DNA from: the human T2T-CHM13v2.0 reference genome, Homo sapiens
Length of the DNA stretch: 64,000 nucleotides
Strand: one strand, 5' to 3'
NCBI RefSeq assembly: GCF_009914755.1
Contig: NC_060936.1
The position numbers were made by a program, and so were the translations under genes. The notes beneath the pieces were generated by a model, which was not told where the DNA came from, made no database searches, and saw nothing but the letters and a program-made list of their open reading frames with translations. Shown piece after piece: positions 1-17,182 of this stretch; position 1 is the stretch's first letter; every line of letters starts with the position of its first letter.

Positions 1-7
1 AACTGTA

Positions 8-530
<523 letters not shown>

Positions 531-552
531 AAGTTATATTTGGTTTTTGTGA

Positions 553-852
<300 letters not shown>

Positions 853-859
853 CAAAAAT

Positions 860-2043
<1,184 letters not shown>

Positions 2044-3325
2044 CACACAAGTAGTTAATAATCATATAAAAGACTACTCAGCCTTATTAGTAATCAAAGA
2101 AATACACATTAATGCTACACATTTAGATACCCTTTATACCCACCCAATTGGCAAAAATTTTAAAGTCTAACCAAGAGTTGGCAAGGATTTGGAACAATGG
2201 TCAGGAATTCATAGATACTACTATAGGAGTGTAAATTGATGCAGCCATTTTGGAAATTAGGCCTTATCTTGTACAGTTGACGTGGGTATACTCTGTGACC
2301 CAGCTGTTTTAGTCTGTGTGACTGAGAGGAACTTGGAGGAAGTATGTATAAGAATTTTCATAGCAGCAAAAAATCAGGAAACAACCTCAAGATTCATTGA
2401 TAACAGAATAGGTACATATTGAGCCTAAACATAAAAATGGGGGGAAAAAAGAATAGGTACATAAATTGTGACTGTATTTATAGAATGGAATGTTTATTTG
2501 TAATGACTGAATGAATAATCATTTCAACATGAATAAATCTTAGAAAAATTGAATGAAAAAACAAGTTGCAACAGAATACACAAAGTATGATATTTTATAA
2601 TTTTAGAAAATAAATGATAGCAGTTTTAGGGTCATATACGTATATACTACAACTATAAAAATAAGAAATGAGATGTCACGTAGCAAAAATTATAAAGTGG
2701 TAATACTGTCTGTCATTGGGCATATAAGGAAAAGGGTACCTCACATACATTACTGAGGGAAGTACGGAGTTTTATGGTATCTACTTGCCCCAACATTTCT
2801 ACTTGTATGTGACAAAAGATACCATAAAGAAACTTAAAAATAAGTCTGTTAACTGGGAAAAATATTTGCAACTTTTATATAAAGAGAAAGAATTACGAGA
2901 TGTATAGGTTATATAAAGATTTATTTCTGTAAATAAGAGACCTAACAGAAGGAAACCGGTCTGTGAAAGATGGCCTTGTAAACATGAAATTATTCCAAAC
3001 TTTGTGCATAATGAGGGAAATGTTAAAGCAGTGAGGTTCGCTTTTTGTCAGCCGCTAGACTGACAACCGTTTTAAAATGTTCATAACAGGCACTCTCATG
3101 TACTGCCCCTGGGAATGTAAATGGTACAAATACTCTGGAGGACATTCTGGCATTTTTTTCCCTTTTTTCTTTCTGGTTTGACTCTGGGATTTTTTTCCTT
3201 CCTTTTTTCCCCCCTTATTTCTCTGTACTTCAATGAATATAAATTGGCACTATCTCTTGACTTTAAGTGAATATAGCTTGTGATCCTTCAAGAAATACAT
3301 GTGTAGAAATACACGTAAAGAATGG

Positions 3326-3595
3326 AGGCTGAGTGGGTGGCTCATGCCCATAATCCCGACACCGTGACCAGGAGTGAGACCAGCCTAGGCAACATACTGA
3401 GACCTCATCTCTACAAAAATAAAATTAGCTGGTGTGGTGGTGTACACCTGTAGTCCCAGCTACTTGAGAGGCTGAAGTGGGGATATCTTGAGTCCAGGAG
3501 GTCAAGGTTGCAATGAGCTGTGATTGTGCCACTGCACTCAGCCTGGTTGACAGAGTGAGACCCTGTCTCAAAACAAAAGAAGAAAAAAGAAAAAG
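3326..3595 (+). mobile_element. Alu (J-like)
   Basis: Diverged Alu dimer with A-rich tail. Confidence 0.85.
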
Positions 3596-3741
3596 AATGT
3601 TTACTGGAAACCACTTAAAACAAACAAACAAACAGAGCTTAAAGGTAAAAATAAAGTCTTTTTGTGAGGGGAAAGATTTTGTACAGTCCTTTTAAAGATG
3701 TGTACTAAAAAGCAAGTTGCAAATAGTATCTACATATATAG

Positions 3742-4065
<324 letters not shown>

Positions 4066-4199
4066 CAATACTTCCGATTTCTATATGTATATAAACTTAC
4101 ATATGACTTCACAGAAATGTTTTAAGAGGACATGCACAGAACTGAGTATTTGCTCAAGCATTGTTTGTAATTTGAACTTAAATAAAAGAAGTCATGTGT

Positions 4200-4700
4200 C
4201 AGAAGTTAACCAGAGGACCCATAATTTCACTCTTTGGTATTTATTCAAGAGAAATGAAACCTTTCTACAAAAAGACTGGCACAAAAACATGCCTATGCAG
4301 CTAACCCTAGAAACATCGCAAGAGACTGGATACACAAATGGTGGTTATATTCATACAGTGAACTATGTCCAGCAGTGTGAAGGAACAAACCCCCATGCAG
4401 CAACATGGATGAACCTCAGATGGGCTGAGTGAAGGGACACCAGAGTACATAGTGTATGACACTCTTACATGAGGTTCTAGAATAGGAAAAAAACTAATCT
4501 CTGGTGATAAAAATCAAAACGATAGTTGCTTGGAAGGGGGCTGACCAGGAAGGGGCATGAGGGAACTTTCTGGGACAGTGGGAATGTTCTGTTGTCTTGA
4601 CAGAGGTGTGGGTTATACAGGTATACACAATTGCCAAAACTGACTGAATTCTACACTTAAGATCTATGTATTCTCTGTGTGTAGATGATACTTTAAAGAG
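4200..4700 (+). mobile_element. Old L1M 3' end
   Basis: catgcagcaacatggatgaacctcaga...gggaactttctggg, L1M 3'UTR motifs. Confidence 0.6.
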
Positions 4701-4795
4701 AAAAAAAGGTGACCACGGAAAATTACTGAAGAACATTTACCATTTAAAGAATGTGAAGTTTTTTCTAACATTGTTTTTTTAATGCTCATATTTAG

Positions 4796-4940
4796 AGAAG
4801 CTGCTCGAGAATGTCGCAGAAAGAAGAAAGAATATGTGAAATGCCTGGAAAACCGAGTTGCAGTCCTGGAAAATCAAAATAAAACTCTAATAGAAGAGTT
4901 AAAAACTTTGAAGGATCTTTATTCCAATAAAAGTGTTTGA
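4796..4940 (+). CDS. ATF1: ATF1 terminal coding exon (bZIP basic region C-terminus and leucine zipper)
   Basis: Acceptor tttag|A at 4795/4796 with branch-like ctaac at 4765. Frame from 4797 reads EAARECRRKKKEYVKCLENRVAVLENQNKTLIEELKTLKDLYSNKSV*, TGA at 4938-4940. This is a CREB/ATF1 bZIP with the ATF1-specific ending YSNKSV. Confidence 0.97.
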
Positions 4941-6320
4941 TTCCTAAGAAAGAAAATATTTTTGTGGACATGCATAAAAATTAAATGGATTTCCTAGTGG
5001 AGTTTTATAAATTAAAAGGTCAAAACTGAAGCTTTTTATTTAGGCTTTTCCAAATCAAGGATAAATATCTTACGCACGATATCTAGTGACAGAGGAGAAA
5101 GTGGAAAATGACCTCAAGGAAGCTACGGGCACAACTGGAAGCCTTGTAGAAATTAAACATATTCAAGGAGCAAGAAATGAACTTTCAGCAGTCTAAATTT
5201 TCTAAATAACCAATAGTTGCCAATCTAAAATGGCAGAGAAGATGAAATTTGATAAACTGAATTTTTTTTAAAAATCCATTTACCCTACAGGTTTGCATTT
5301 GTTTGCTGAAATTTACCTTTTTTTAGTTATATATATGTGTGTGTGTGTGTGTAATTTCTGCCAATAAATTCTAAATTACAAAGGTAAGAGAAAACCTAGT
5401 ACATTACTAAATATATAAAGTATATGTTCTGATTATGTATACTTGTTCTAGTGTCAAGTCTTTTTAAGTGGGTTTTTAAAAGTTTGTTATTGGACTTGAA
5501 TGGATTTTTGAGACTAGGTTAATTATTTTTGAGGTCTTATCCTAAAAGGCATCTAAGGTACATGAATGGAGTATGGTGATTTTATAACATTTTTTATCAG
5601 AATGGAAAAAGAACTGTTTAAAAGTTTGATACTTTTAAATAGTTGGTTTTTTTGCTTACTCTGGTAATGATTTTCTACAAATACATAATAAATTGTTTTT
5701 TTGATTCTATATTCTGTATGCAGTTGAATATCCATTACTTATTCTGCTGTGCTTTAATAGAATGGAATGTTTACAGGCCCTTAAAATATTATTTTTAAAA
5801 AACCTTCTGAAGATACATACCAAAGTTTTTCCAAGAAGATTTTATAATCAATTTAATAATGTAAGGTTTATCAGATTCTATAATAGTATAGTTATTAAGG
5901 CAATTTTATGTTAGAGACTATTTTGTAATGTAGTGAGTGGTACCTTTATAAGAAAAGTGACTGCCAATATATTTTTATAGCTGATCTTTATAAATTCTAA
6001 TGTTGAGTTTTTAATGATTATTTTAAATGTTTATATAGTTTAGTAAAATTTGCATCTCAAAGTATCATTTTTATATTATGGGACGTTTTCAGATTGGCTA
6101 ATATTTGCATTGTAAATTTTGTATGCAGTTTATCTAAAATTCAAAAATACTGTCAGTACACCAGCGTTTAACATCTATATTCCAATTTGTATACAGTTTA
6201 AAATTGTACTGCAAAACTATTGTGTGCTCTTACACAGTATGCATCATATTGTTGTCTGTGAAATTAAAGGACATTTGATAGTCTACTGAATGTAAAATAT
6301 AATGCTTGGTATATGAATGA
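4941..6320 (+). other. ATF1: ATF1 3'UTR (AT-rich; end approximate)
   Basis: No interspersed repeats seen after the stop. Poly(A) signal candidates: AATAAA 5363-5368, AATAAA 5687-5692, ATTAAA 6263-6268. Confidence 0.75.
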
Positions 6321-7216
6321 TAAGCTTGCTCCTGGCCATGCTGTTAATTATCCTAATGCTACGTAGAAATCTTCACTTAACTGATACATTTGTGTTTGAC
6401 CCTCCTGATGAAATTTCTCATTAGAAGGGTCTTTTAAAATGGGACTCTGTTGACTTGGCAGCACTTTATGAAAAGAAAAAAAAGTTTGATCGCCAGGGGG
6501 ATTACTTATATCACTTACTACCTTGTGTAAAGCCAGAATCTCAAACTGGTGGCCCGTTAGGCCTAAGAATATGAGGAGGTATGAGGTCACTGGGTTATGT
6601 CAAAAGACTTTTTCAACAGATAATATATTATTGGGTAGACACCGTGCTTGTTTACAACAGAGGTAGCCTAGCTCTTAGTGCCTTAACAGCTGGACATCTG
6701 CAAATATTTGTAAACTCTGCTGCCTTCAGACTTCTGGTGTAGGGCCTTGCTAACTAGACCCAGTTACTTACTCTAGCTGTATGAAACAGGTCAGGGCAAA
6801 CCATTAATGGTTCCATAAATGCATAACAAATTATTTTCCTGGGTGTTTTTCTAATTGGAATCCAATGTGGGGCTTATCAAATTTTTAAGTGATTATAGTC
6901 CAAACATGAAATTAGACTTCCAAAATGCAAAAGACTAATCAAATTATTTCCTTAGTTCAACTTGCTATTTTACTTATCAATTTACTCATTTATATATTAT
7001 ATTGATAGAAATAGATTATTGTCCACAAACACATATAGGGCATATAAGATATTCCTTTAATATTGAACAGAGCAGGAAGAATGGGCATTTGTTAGCATTT
7101 TGGAATTCTTACTGTATTTATTCATTCAGCAATTATTATATTGCAACTACTAGGTTAAACCTGCATTCTCCAATTAAAATATGAGGTCACAGTAGTGATA
7201 TAAAAATGTGTATTAG

Positions 7217-7502
7217 GCCAGGCGGGTGGCTCACACCTGTAGTCCCAGCACTTTGGGAGGCTGAGGCATTGGGATTGTGTGGCACCAGGAGTTTGGGACC
7301 AGCATGGGCAACATGGTGAAACCCTGCCTCTACAAAATGTGCAAAAATTAGCTGGGCAAGGTGGCAGGAACCTGTAGTCTCAGCTACTCGGGAGGCTGAG
7401 GTAGGAGGATAGCTTAAGCCCAGGAGGTCAAGGCTACTGTGAGCTGTGATTGCACAACTGCACACCAGCCTAGATGACAGAGCAAGACCATGTCTCAAAA
7501 AA
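7217..7502 (+). mobile_element. Alu (J-like)
   Basis: Alu dimer; TSD aaaaatgtgtatta. Confidence 0.88.
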
Positions 7503-7645
7503 TGTGTATTATGGCTTGGAATTATATAATGAGTTGTCATGATGGCAGTTCAAATTCCCACAAAAGATGCTATAAAGCTGATAAAAAGTGAATTAGACTA
7601 AGGGCTTGACAGCTACTTTAAAGGAAAAATCACAGGTTATAGTAA

Positions 7646-8041
<396 letters not shown>

Positions 8042-8148
8042 TGTTTTTAATAAGTACTGTTTGTTTTACTATAAAAGTGAAGGAACGCATACCTCAAGGT
8101 AGTAGAATTCAGAAGGCTGTTCTAGGAGAGTTTGGCAGGAATTTTTGA

Positions 8149-8504
<356 letters not shown>

Positions 8505-8644
8505 ATCCCCTCCTCCCACTTTTGAGAGAGAGATTCTGATAACCATCTCCCTTTATTGGTGTAAATTTTTTTGTAGCAGACATAGGTAGGCATTAGAGAC
8601 CGTATCTCTCTGCCATTGCGTGGTTGAGATCCTTTTCCTCTCTC

Positions 8645-9139
<495 letters not shown>

Positions 9140-9708
9140 TTCCCTCAATATTGATAGGGTTACATGCAGCAGTTTGCTGCCTTCAGTAAGTGTATATAAC
9201 AATTTTTAACTGGTAAATTATGTATCAATCTAAAATTGTTTTAAGTCCAAGGTTCCCTATGTACATAATATACATAGTCATGTAATTTCCTTAATACTAA
9301 AATTTATTGAGTGCTTAGGCGCCAGGAAATGTGTTCAGGTAATGCTAAAGTAGTGCCATTCATACATTCAGCAGATACTTATCGAAGGCCTTTTCTATTC
9401 CAAGCATTACTAGGAAAAAAGTGATGAACGAAGCCGTGTTACAGCTCGTGTTGAACTTAGGTCTTAATGTCATCCTTGAGACTGGTATTTGCCTAAGGTT
9501 ATATAAGCATTATTAAGGGATCTAAGATTTAAACCCAATTTCTAACTGCCCACTCTAAAATATTAATAGTAGTCCCTCCCCAGTACCCCTAACACAACCC
9601 TTATTAAACTCTAGGAGGAGACTGTCTAATTTTGTGCTCTGCTATCTCCCCACAGTCTAGGAAACCATCCCCACAGTCTAATCTAGTTCACTGGAGGGCT
9701 TCATAATG

Positions 9709-10440
<732 letters not shown>

Positions 10441-10665
10441 TTGTTAAATCAATGAAGGTCTGAGTTCAAACTCACTAAGGTACAGACAGGTTTGAAACTT
10501 TGCCCAAGGTTACACAGTAAATAAGAAAACCAGGGTTCATACCTAGGTCTGATAAACTCCAAAGTTGTTTTAACTATCAGAATATACCTTCTTTCTTACG
10601 TGTGGTGTGGAAGAGTCTGAAAAACTTTATTCCATTGCGTCATAACCTATTATGAAAGACTTTAA

Positions 10666-10947
<282 letters not shown>

Positions 10948-11559
10948 TAAATAATGCATGCTGGATTGCAGTATTTTTTTTAGAAGTTTATAAATGGTAC
11001 CTTAATACTGTATCATTCCATAAATGAACGATCAAGTAGACCAGAGGAAATTTAGTGAGGAACATAGGTATGGTGATTTAATAATTAATTTTGGAACAAA
11101 ATGATCAAAGTTTTGCCCAACTGACAGCTCTTAGAATTTAATGCCGCATCTGGGGAAAAGGCTTGCCAATTTTTTTTTTTAATTCAGAAAAGCTGCAAAT
11201 AACATAGGCTAAGTTTACAAAACATTTAAACAAAAACTGCCTTAGAGTTCTTAGCAATAAATTTTTTAAAAGGAAAAGGCCACATCTTGCCAGCTGTAGT
11301 CAAAGATAATCAAAATAAATGGAATTCCTATGAATTAACTATGTACTAAGTATTGTGGTAGGTGAAGGATGCCAAATACATATGAACCATGGTTTTTCAC
11401 AAGCTCAAACTCTGCTTCTGGAGATGACAAAAGAGAACAAAAGGGCCCTCAACTTTTCACTTTATCATTGTGCACAAACACCTAGAATTCTATACCCAGT
11501 AAAAACACTCATCAATCCAAAAGACAAGAAAGGAGAGAAAAAGAAAGAAACAGGTGGGA

Positions 11560-12735
<1,176 letters not shown>

Positions 12736-12744
12736 CCCGCCGAT

Positions 12745-13051
12745 TTATATGTGTTTATCCTTTCAACAAAATCATACTATCTTGATTACTGGAGCTTCAT
12801 AAAAAGTCTTGAAGTCCAGTTATGTAAGTTCTTTAAATTTTGTTGTTTTTAAAAAAATTATCTTGGCTATTCTAGTTCCTTTGTCTTTTTATATAAATTT
12901 TAGAATCAGCTTGTCTATATTCACAAAAAAAAAGCCTGCTGGGATTTTGATTAGAATTGCTTTAAACCTATGTACAATTTGGGAAGAACTGGTATCTTAA
13001 CAATATTGAGTGTTTCCCATGAACACAATCTCTCTCTCTCCATTTATTTAG
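12745..13051 (-). mobile_element. Old L1M ORF2 fragment (resumes at 14911 and about 15216-15435)
   Basis: cctgctgggattttgattagaattgc...catgaacac...ctctccatttatttagatc, reverse L1 ORF2. Confidence 0.7.
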
Positions 13052-14910
13052 TTTATTTGGTGAGGTCATGTGTTCCTGGATGGTGTTGATGCTTGTAGAT
13101 GTTCTTTGCTATCTGGGCATTGAAGAGTTAGGTATTTATTGTAGTCTTCACAGTCTGGGCTTGTTTGTGCCCTTCCTTCTTGGTAAGGCTTTCTAGATAT
13201 TTGAAGGGACTTGGACCCCAAGCACAATAACGCCGTGGTTTTTGTAGGCTTACAGAGGTACCGCCTTGGTAGTCTTCGATAAGATCCAGAAGAATTCTCT
13301 GGATTACCAGGCAGACTCTTGTTCTCCTCCCTTACTTTCTCCCAAACACACAGAGTCTGTCTCTCTGTGCTGAGGCATCTGGAACTGGGGCTGTGGTGAT
13401 GCAAGCACCTCTGTGACCACCACCACTGGAACTGCACTGGGTCAGACCTGATGCCAGCACAGCATTGGGCTTTGCCCAAGGCCCTTCCCTTCAAGGTGGC
13501 AAGTTTCCCTAAGCCCAGGCATGTCCAGAGATGCTGTCTGGGAGCCAGGGATTGGAGTCAAAAACTTTAGCAATTTACCTGATGTCCTATTCTACTGTGG
13601 CTAAGCTGGTACTCAAACCACAATACAAAGTCCTTCCCACTCTTCCCTCCATTTTCCACAGGCAACGGAGCCTCTCCCTGTGGCCACCACCACCACTGGC
13701 CCATGGGTGGTTCTGCCAGGCCACTGCCGATGTTTGCTTAAAGCCCAAGGGCTCTTCTATCAGCTTGTGGTCAATGCTGCCAGGTCTGGGACTCACCCTT
13801 CAGGGCAGTGGGTCCCCCTCTGGCCCAGGACAGGTCCAGAAATGCTATCCAAGAGCCTAGCCCTGGATTCAGGGAACCCCAAGAGCTTGCTTGTTGCTCT
13901 AGCCTACTGTGGCCGAGCTGGTACCTCGGGTGCAAGAAAAAGTCCCCTTTGCTTTCCCCTCTACTTTTCTCAAACACAAGGAGTCTTTCACCATAGCCAC
14001 CACAGCTGGGAATGTGCTGGGTCTCCCTTGAAGCCAGCATGTTTCTTTAGTCAGCAGGTGATAAATCCTGCCAAGATTGGATCCTTCTCTTCAAGGCAGC
14101 AGGTTCCCTTTTGGCTCAGGGTGTGTCTAGAAATGTTGTCTGGGAGCTCAGGCCTAAATGGAGGCCTCATGACTCTGCCCAGTGCCCTATCCTTCTGTGA
14201 CTGAGCTGGTATCCAAGATGCAAGACAAAGTCCTCTTTACTCTCCGCTCTCCTCTCCTTAAACAAAGGAAGGACTCACTTTCGTTGCTATGAGATGTACT
14301 GCCTGGGGCTGGGGGAGGGATGGTGCTAGCCCTCCCTTAGCTGTGCCAGCTGGTGTCACCTGAGGTCATGTGCCACCCTAGTTCACTGTCTCTAAGCCCA
14401 GCCTAGCACTAGGGGTTGCCTAGGAATTGCAGTCCTTGTGTCCTAGACTGCCTTTCAAGTATACCTGGGACTCCAGAGCACTACAGCCCACGGTGGTGAG
14501 GCTTGCTGTGAAACTCAAATTCCAACTGCTGGGATGGGCAATTTTTCCTAGCCCCGGCTAGGGCTGGTCCAAATGCCCCCTCTATGCATGGGCACTGGTT
14601 CCACTCTCACAGGTCAGCACTGAGTTCAGTGTAAAGTCACTGTCACTCCCCAAAGCACACAGATGCTCTCTGTGCGCTGCAAGGCCACTGCCAGGGGACT
14701 CTGGAGGGGTGTTAGACTCAAGATTGTCTCTCCTGCCCTCCTAATGCCTCTTTTGGCAATGCGAAGTTAAAACCAGGTACTGTGACTGCTCACCCAATTT
14801 TTATTTCTTGTGACAGTGCTTTTCTGTGTGCAGTTAGTTGTTAAATTTGGTGCTCCAGTGGATGGGAGATGAACAGTTTAGGCTTCTATTCTGCCATCTT
14901 GCTCTGTGCC
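13052..14910 (-). mobile_element. L1 5'UTR to ORF1 start, 3'-truncated, with TSD
   Basis: Reverse start ggcacagagcaagatggcagaatagaagcc at the right end. TSD tctctccatttatttag at 13035-13051 and 14911-14927. Confidence 0.75.
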
Positions 14911-14930
14911 TCTCTCCATTTATTTAGATC

Positions 14931-15215
14931 TTTGAGACAGGTTCTCACTCTGTCACTCAGGCTGGAGTGCAGTGGTGCCATCACAGCTCACTGCAGCCTC
15001 AACCTCCCCAGCCTCAAGCGTTCCTCCTACCTCAGCCTCCCAAGTAGCTGAGACTACAGGCACGTGTCACCACACCCAGCTAATGTTTTCGTATTTTGTA
15101 GAGATAGGGTTTCAGCATGTTCCTCAGGCTGGTCTCGAACTTCTGGGCTCAAGTGATCTGCCTGCCTTGGCCTCCTGAAGTGCTGGGATTATAGGTATGA
15201 GCTACCTGCCTGGCC
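14931..15215 (-). mobile_element. Alu (J-like)
   Basis: Reverse Alu dimer. Confidence 0.85.
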
Positions 15216-16461
15216 TTATTTTCTAATATTGAACCACCAGTCTTGTATTCTCAGAATAACCACTACTTGGTCATGATATATTATCCTTTTATATAATGCT
15301 GGACTTAATCTGCAATATTTTATTGAAGATTTTTGCATCCCTCTTCATAAAGGATATTTTTCTACAGTCTTCTGTCCTTGTAATGTCTTTGATTTTTGGT
15401 ATTAATGTAATGCTGGCTTCATTTAATGAGTTGCTATTAAATAATTATAATTCATATTAAAGTATAATAGTGTGATTTTTAAAAGATCTTATGTTTTCAA
15501 AATAAGTATTAAAATACTTATATTATTCTTAGATTTTCTTATCAAATTTACTTTTATTAATAAAAGTTATATTACTTATATATGTATACAAACGGTTAGT
15601 GAAAAAAACATTATTGTCCCTTTTCCAGTGTACAGGAGCACACAAAACATACCTCGGTGATATTCTGCAACAATGACCCATGCTGGTGTAGAATTCTCAC
15701 TTTTTAGTAGAACCTTTAAAAACTCAAGTGAGCTGTACGACACCTTCATTGCTTTAACTCCAGTGAACCGTGGAGTTATAAAGAAGCTAGGGTTCTTTGT
15801 GATTCTTCAATGCCAAAAATAAAGTTGGAAACTTGGATTCCTGTTTGACTCTACTGTATTAAGTGATCAGAATAAAATTATGGTAAGGCTAATCTTCAAC
15901 CACTTCATGTTTTTCACTCCTGCTTTCTATAGTGAACATCTGTTGTTTCTATTTGCTCTAAACCCCTTTCCTTTGGGGATCAGGCCCACTACTCATCCAA
16001 TGTGATTCTGACAGGAGTTATCAATGACAGTGCATATGGCCCAGGCCTGGCTAAAATCACAGGCTCCCATCCCTTCTTCCACAGGGACTGGTCCAATGCA
16101 AGGGCAGAAGATCCTGGGAAGACCAGAGTCCTTTTATAGGATTTGATTTGTGGACCCTGGAAAAGGACGTTCTCTCTCTCCCTTTTGAGTCATGGATGGT
16201 AAGGATGTGGACTTGTATCTGACGTTGACCCATTATGTGGAGAGGGCCAGCATGAAAATGAAACCAGGAGACAAAAACAGTCAGGAGGTGATGGTAAAGA
16301 GCCTGGGCAACAGCATCTGAGGCTTGGCATCAGCTACACCAATGGATGCTATTAAAGTGTTGATGTTGTTACTTCAGTGAATCAGAGCACAAATGAAGTA
16401 TTTCTTCACTAAGGAATCAAACACAATATATTTTAGAACTAGACAGGACAGATTGAACTAA

Positions 16462-16752
<291 letters not shown>

Positions 16753-17182
16753 TGATTCTTAGAATTTACTTCCAAATAATTTTGGAAGTTGGGGAAAGTA
16801 GATGGAGATAAAATGTAGTAAGATTGGGCATGAAATGTTAATTGTCAAAGCTAGGTGATGGGTACATGTGGTTTATTATTCTATTTTTGTATATATTTGA
16901 CATTTTCCATACAGAAAAGTTTAAAAGCTAAATGGCATTGGAACAATTAGTTATTCATATAGGAAAATAAGAAAATTGGATTTCTACCTTACACCATACA
17001 CAAAAATCAATTCCAGGTAGATGGAAGAAAGAAATATGAAAGACAAAAACTATAAAACCTTTATAAGATATTGTAAGGAATAGCTTTATGACCTCAACTT
17101 AGAGAAGGATTTCTTAAGTCACAAAAAGTAAAAAACAAAGGAAAATACTGTTAGATTCAATTATGTTAAAATTAAGAATTTC

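Noticed and set aside
13066-14204. Overlapping 100-170 aa ORFs
   Set aside because: They lie in a GC-richer L1 5'UTR and have no recognisable domains.
15720-15760. Faint LK*AVRH resemblance to TMPRSS12 exon 3 LKKAVRY
   Set aside because: Too short, with no flanking DIAL, PICL or GWG motifs; likely chance.
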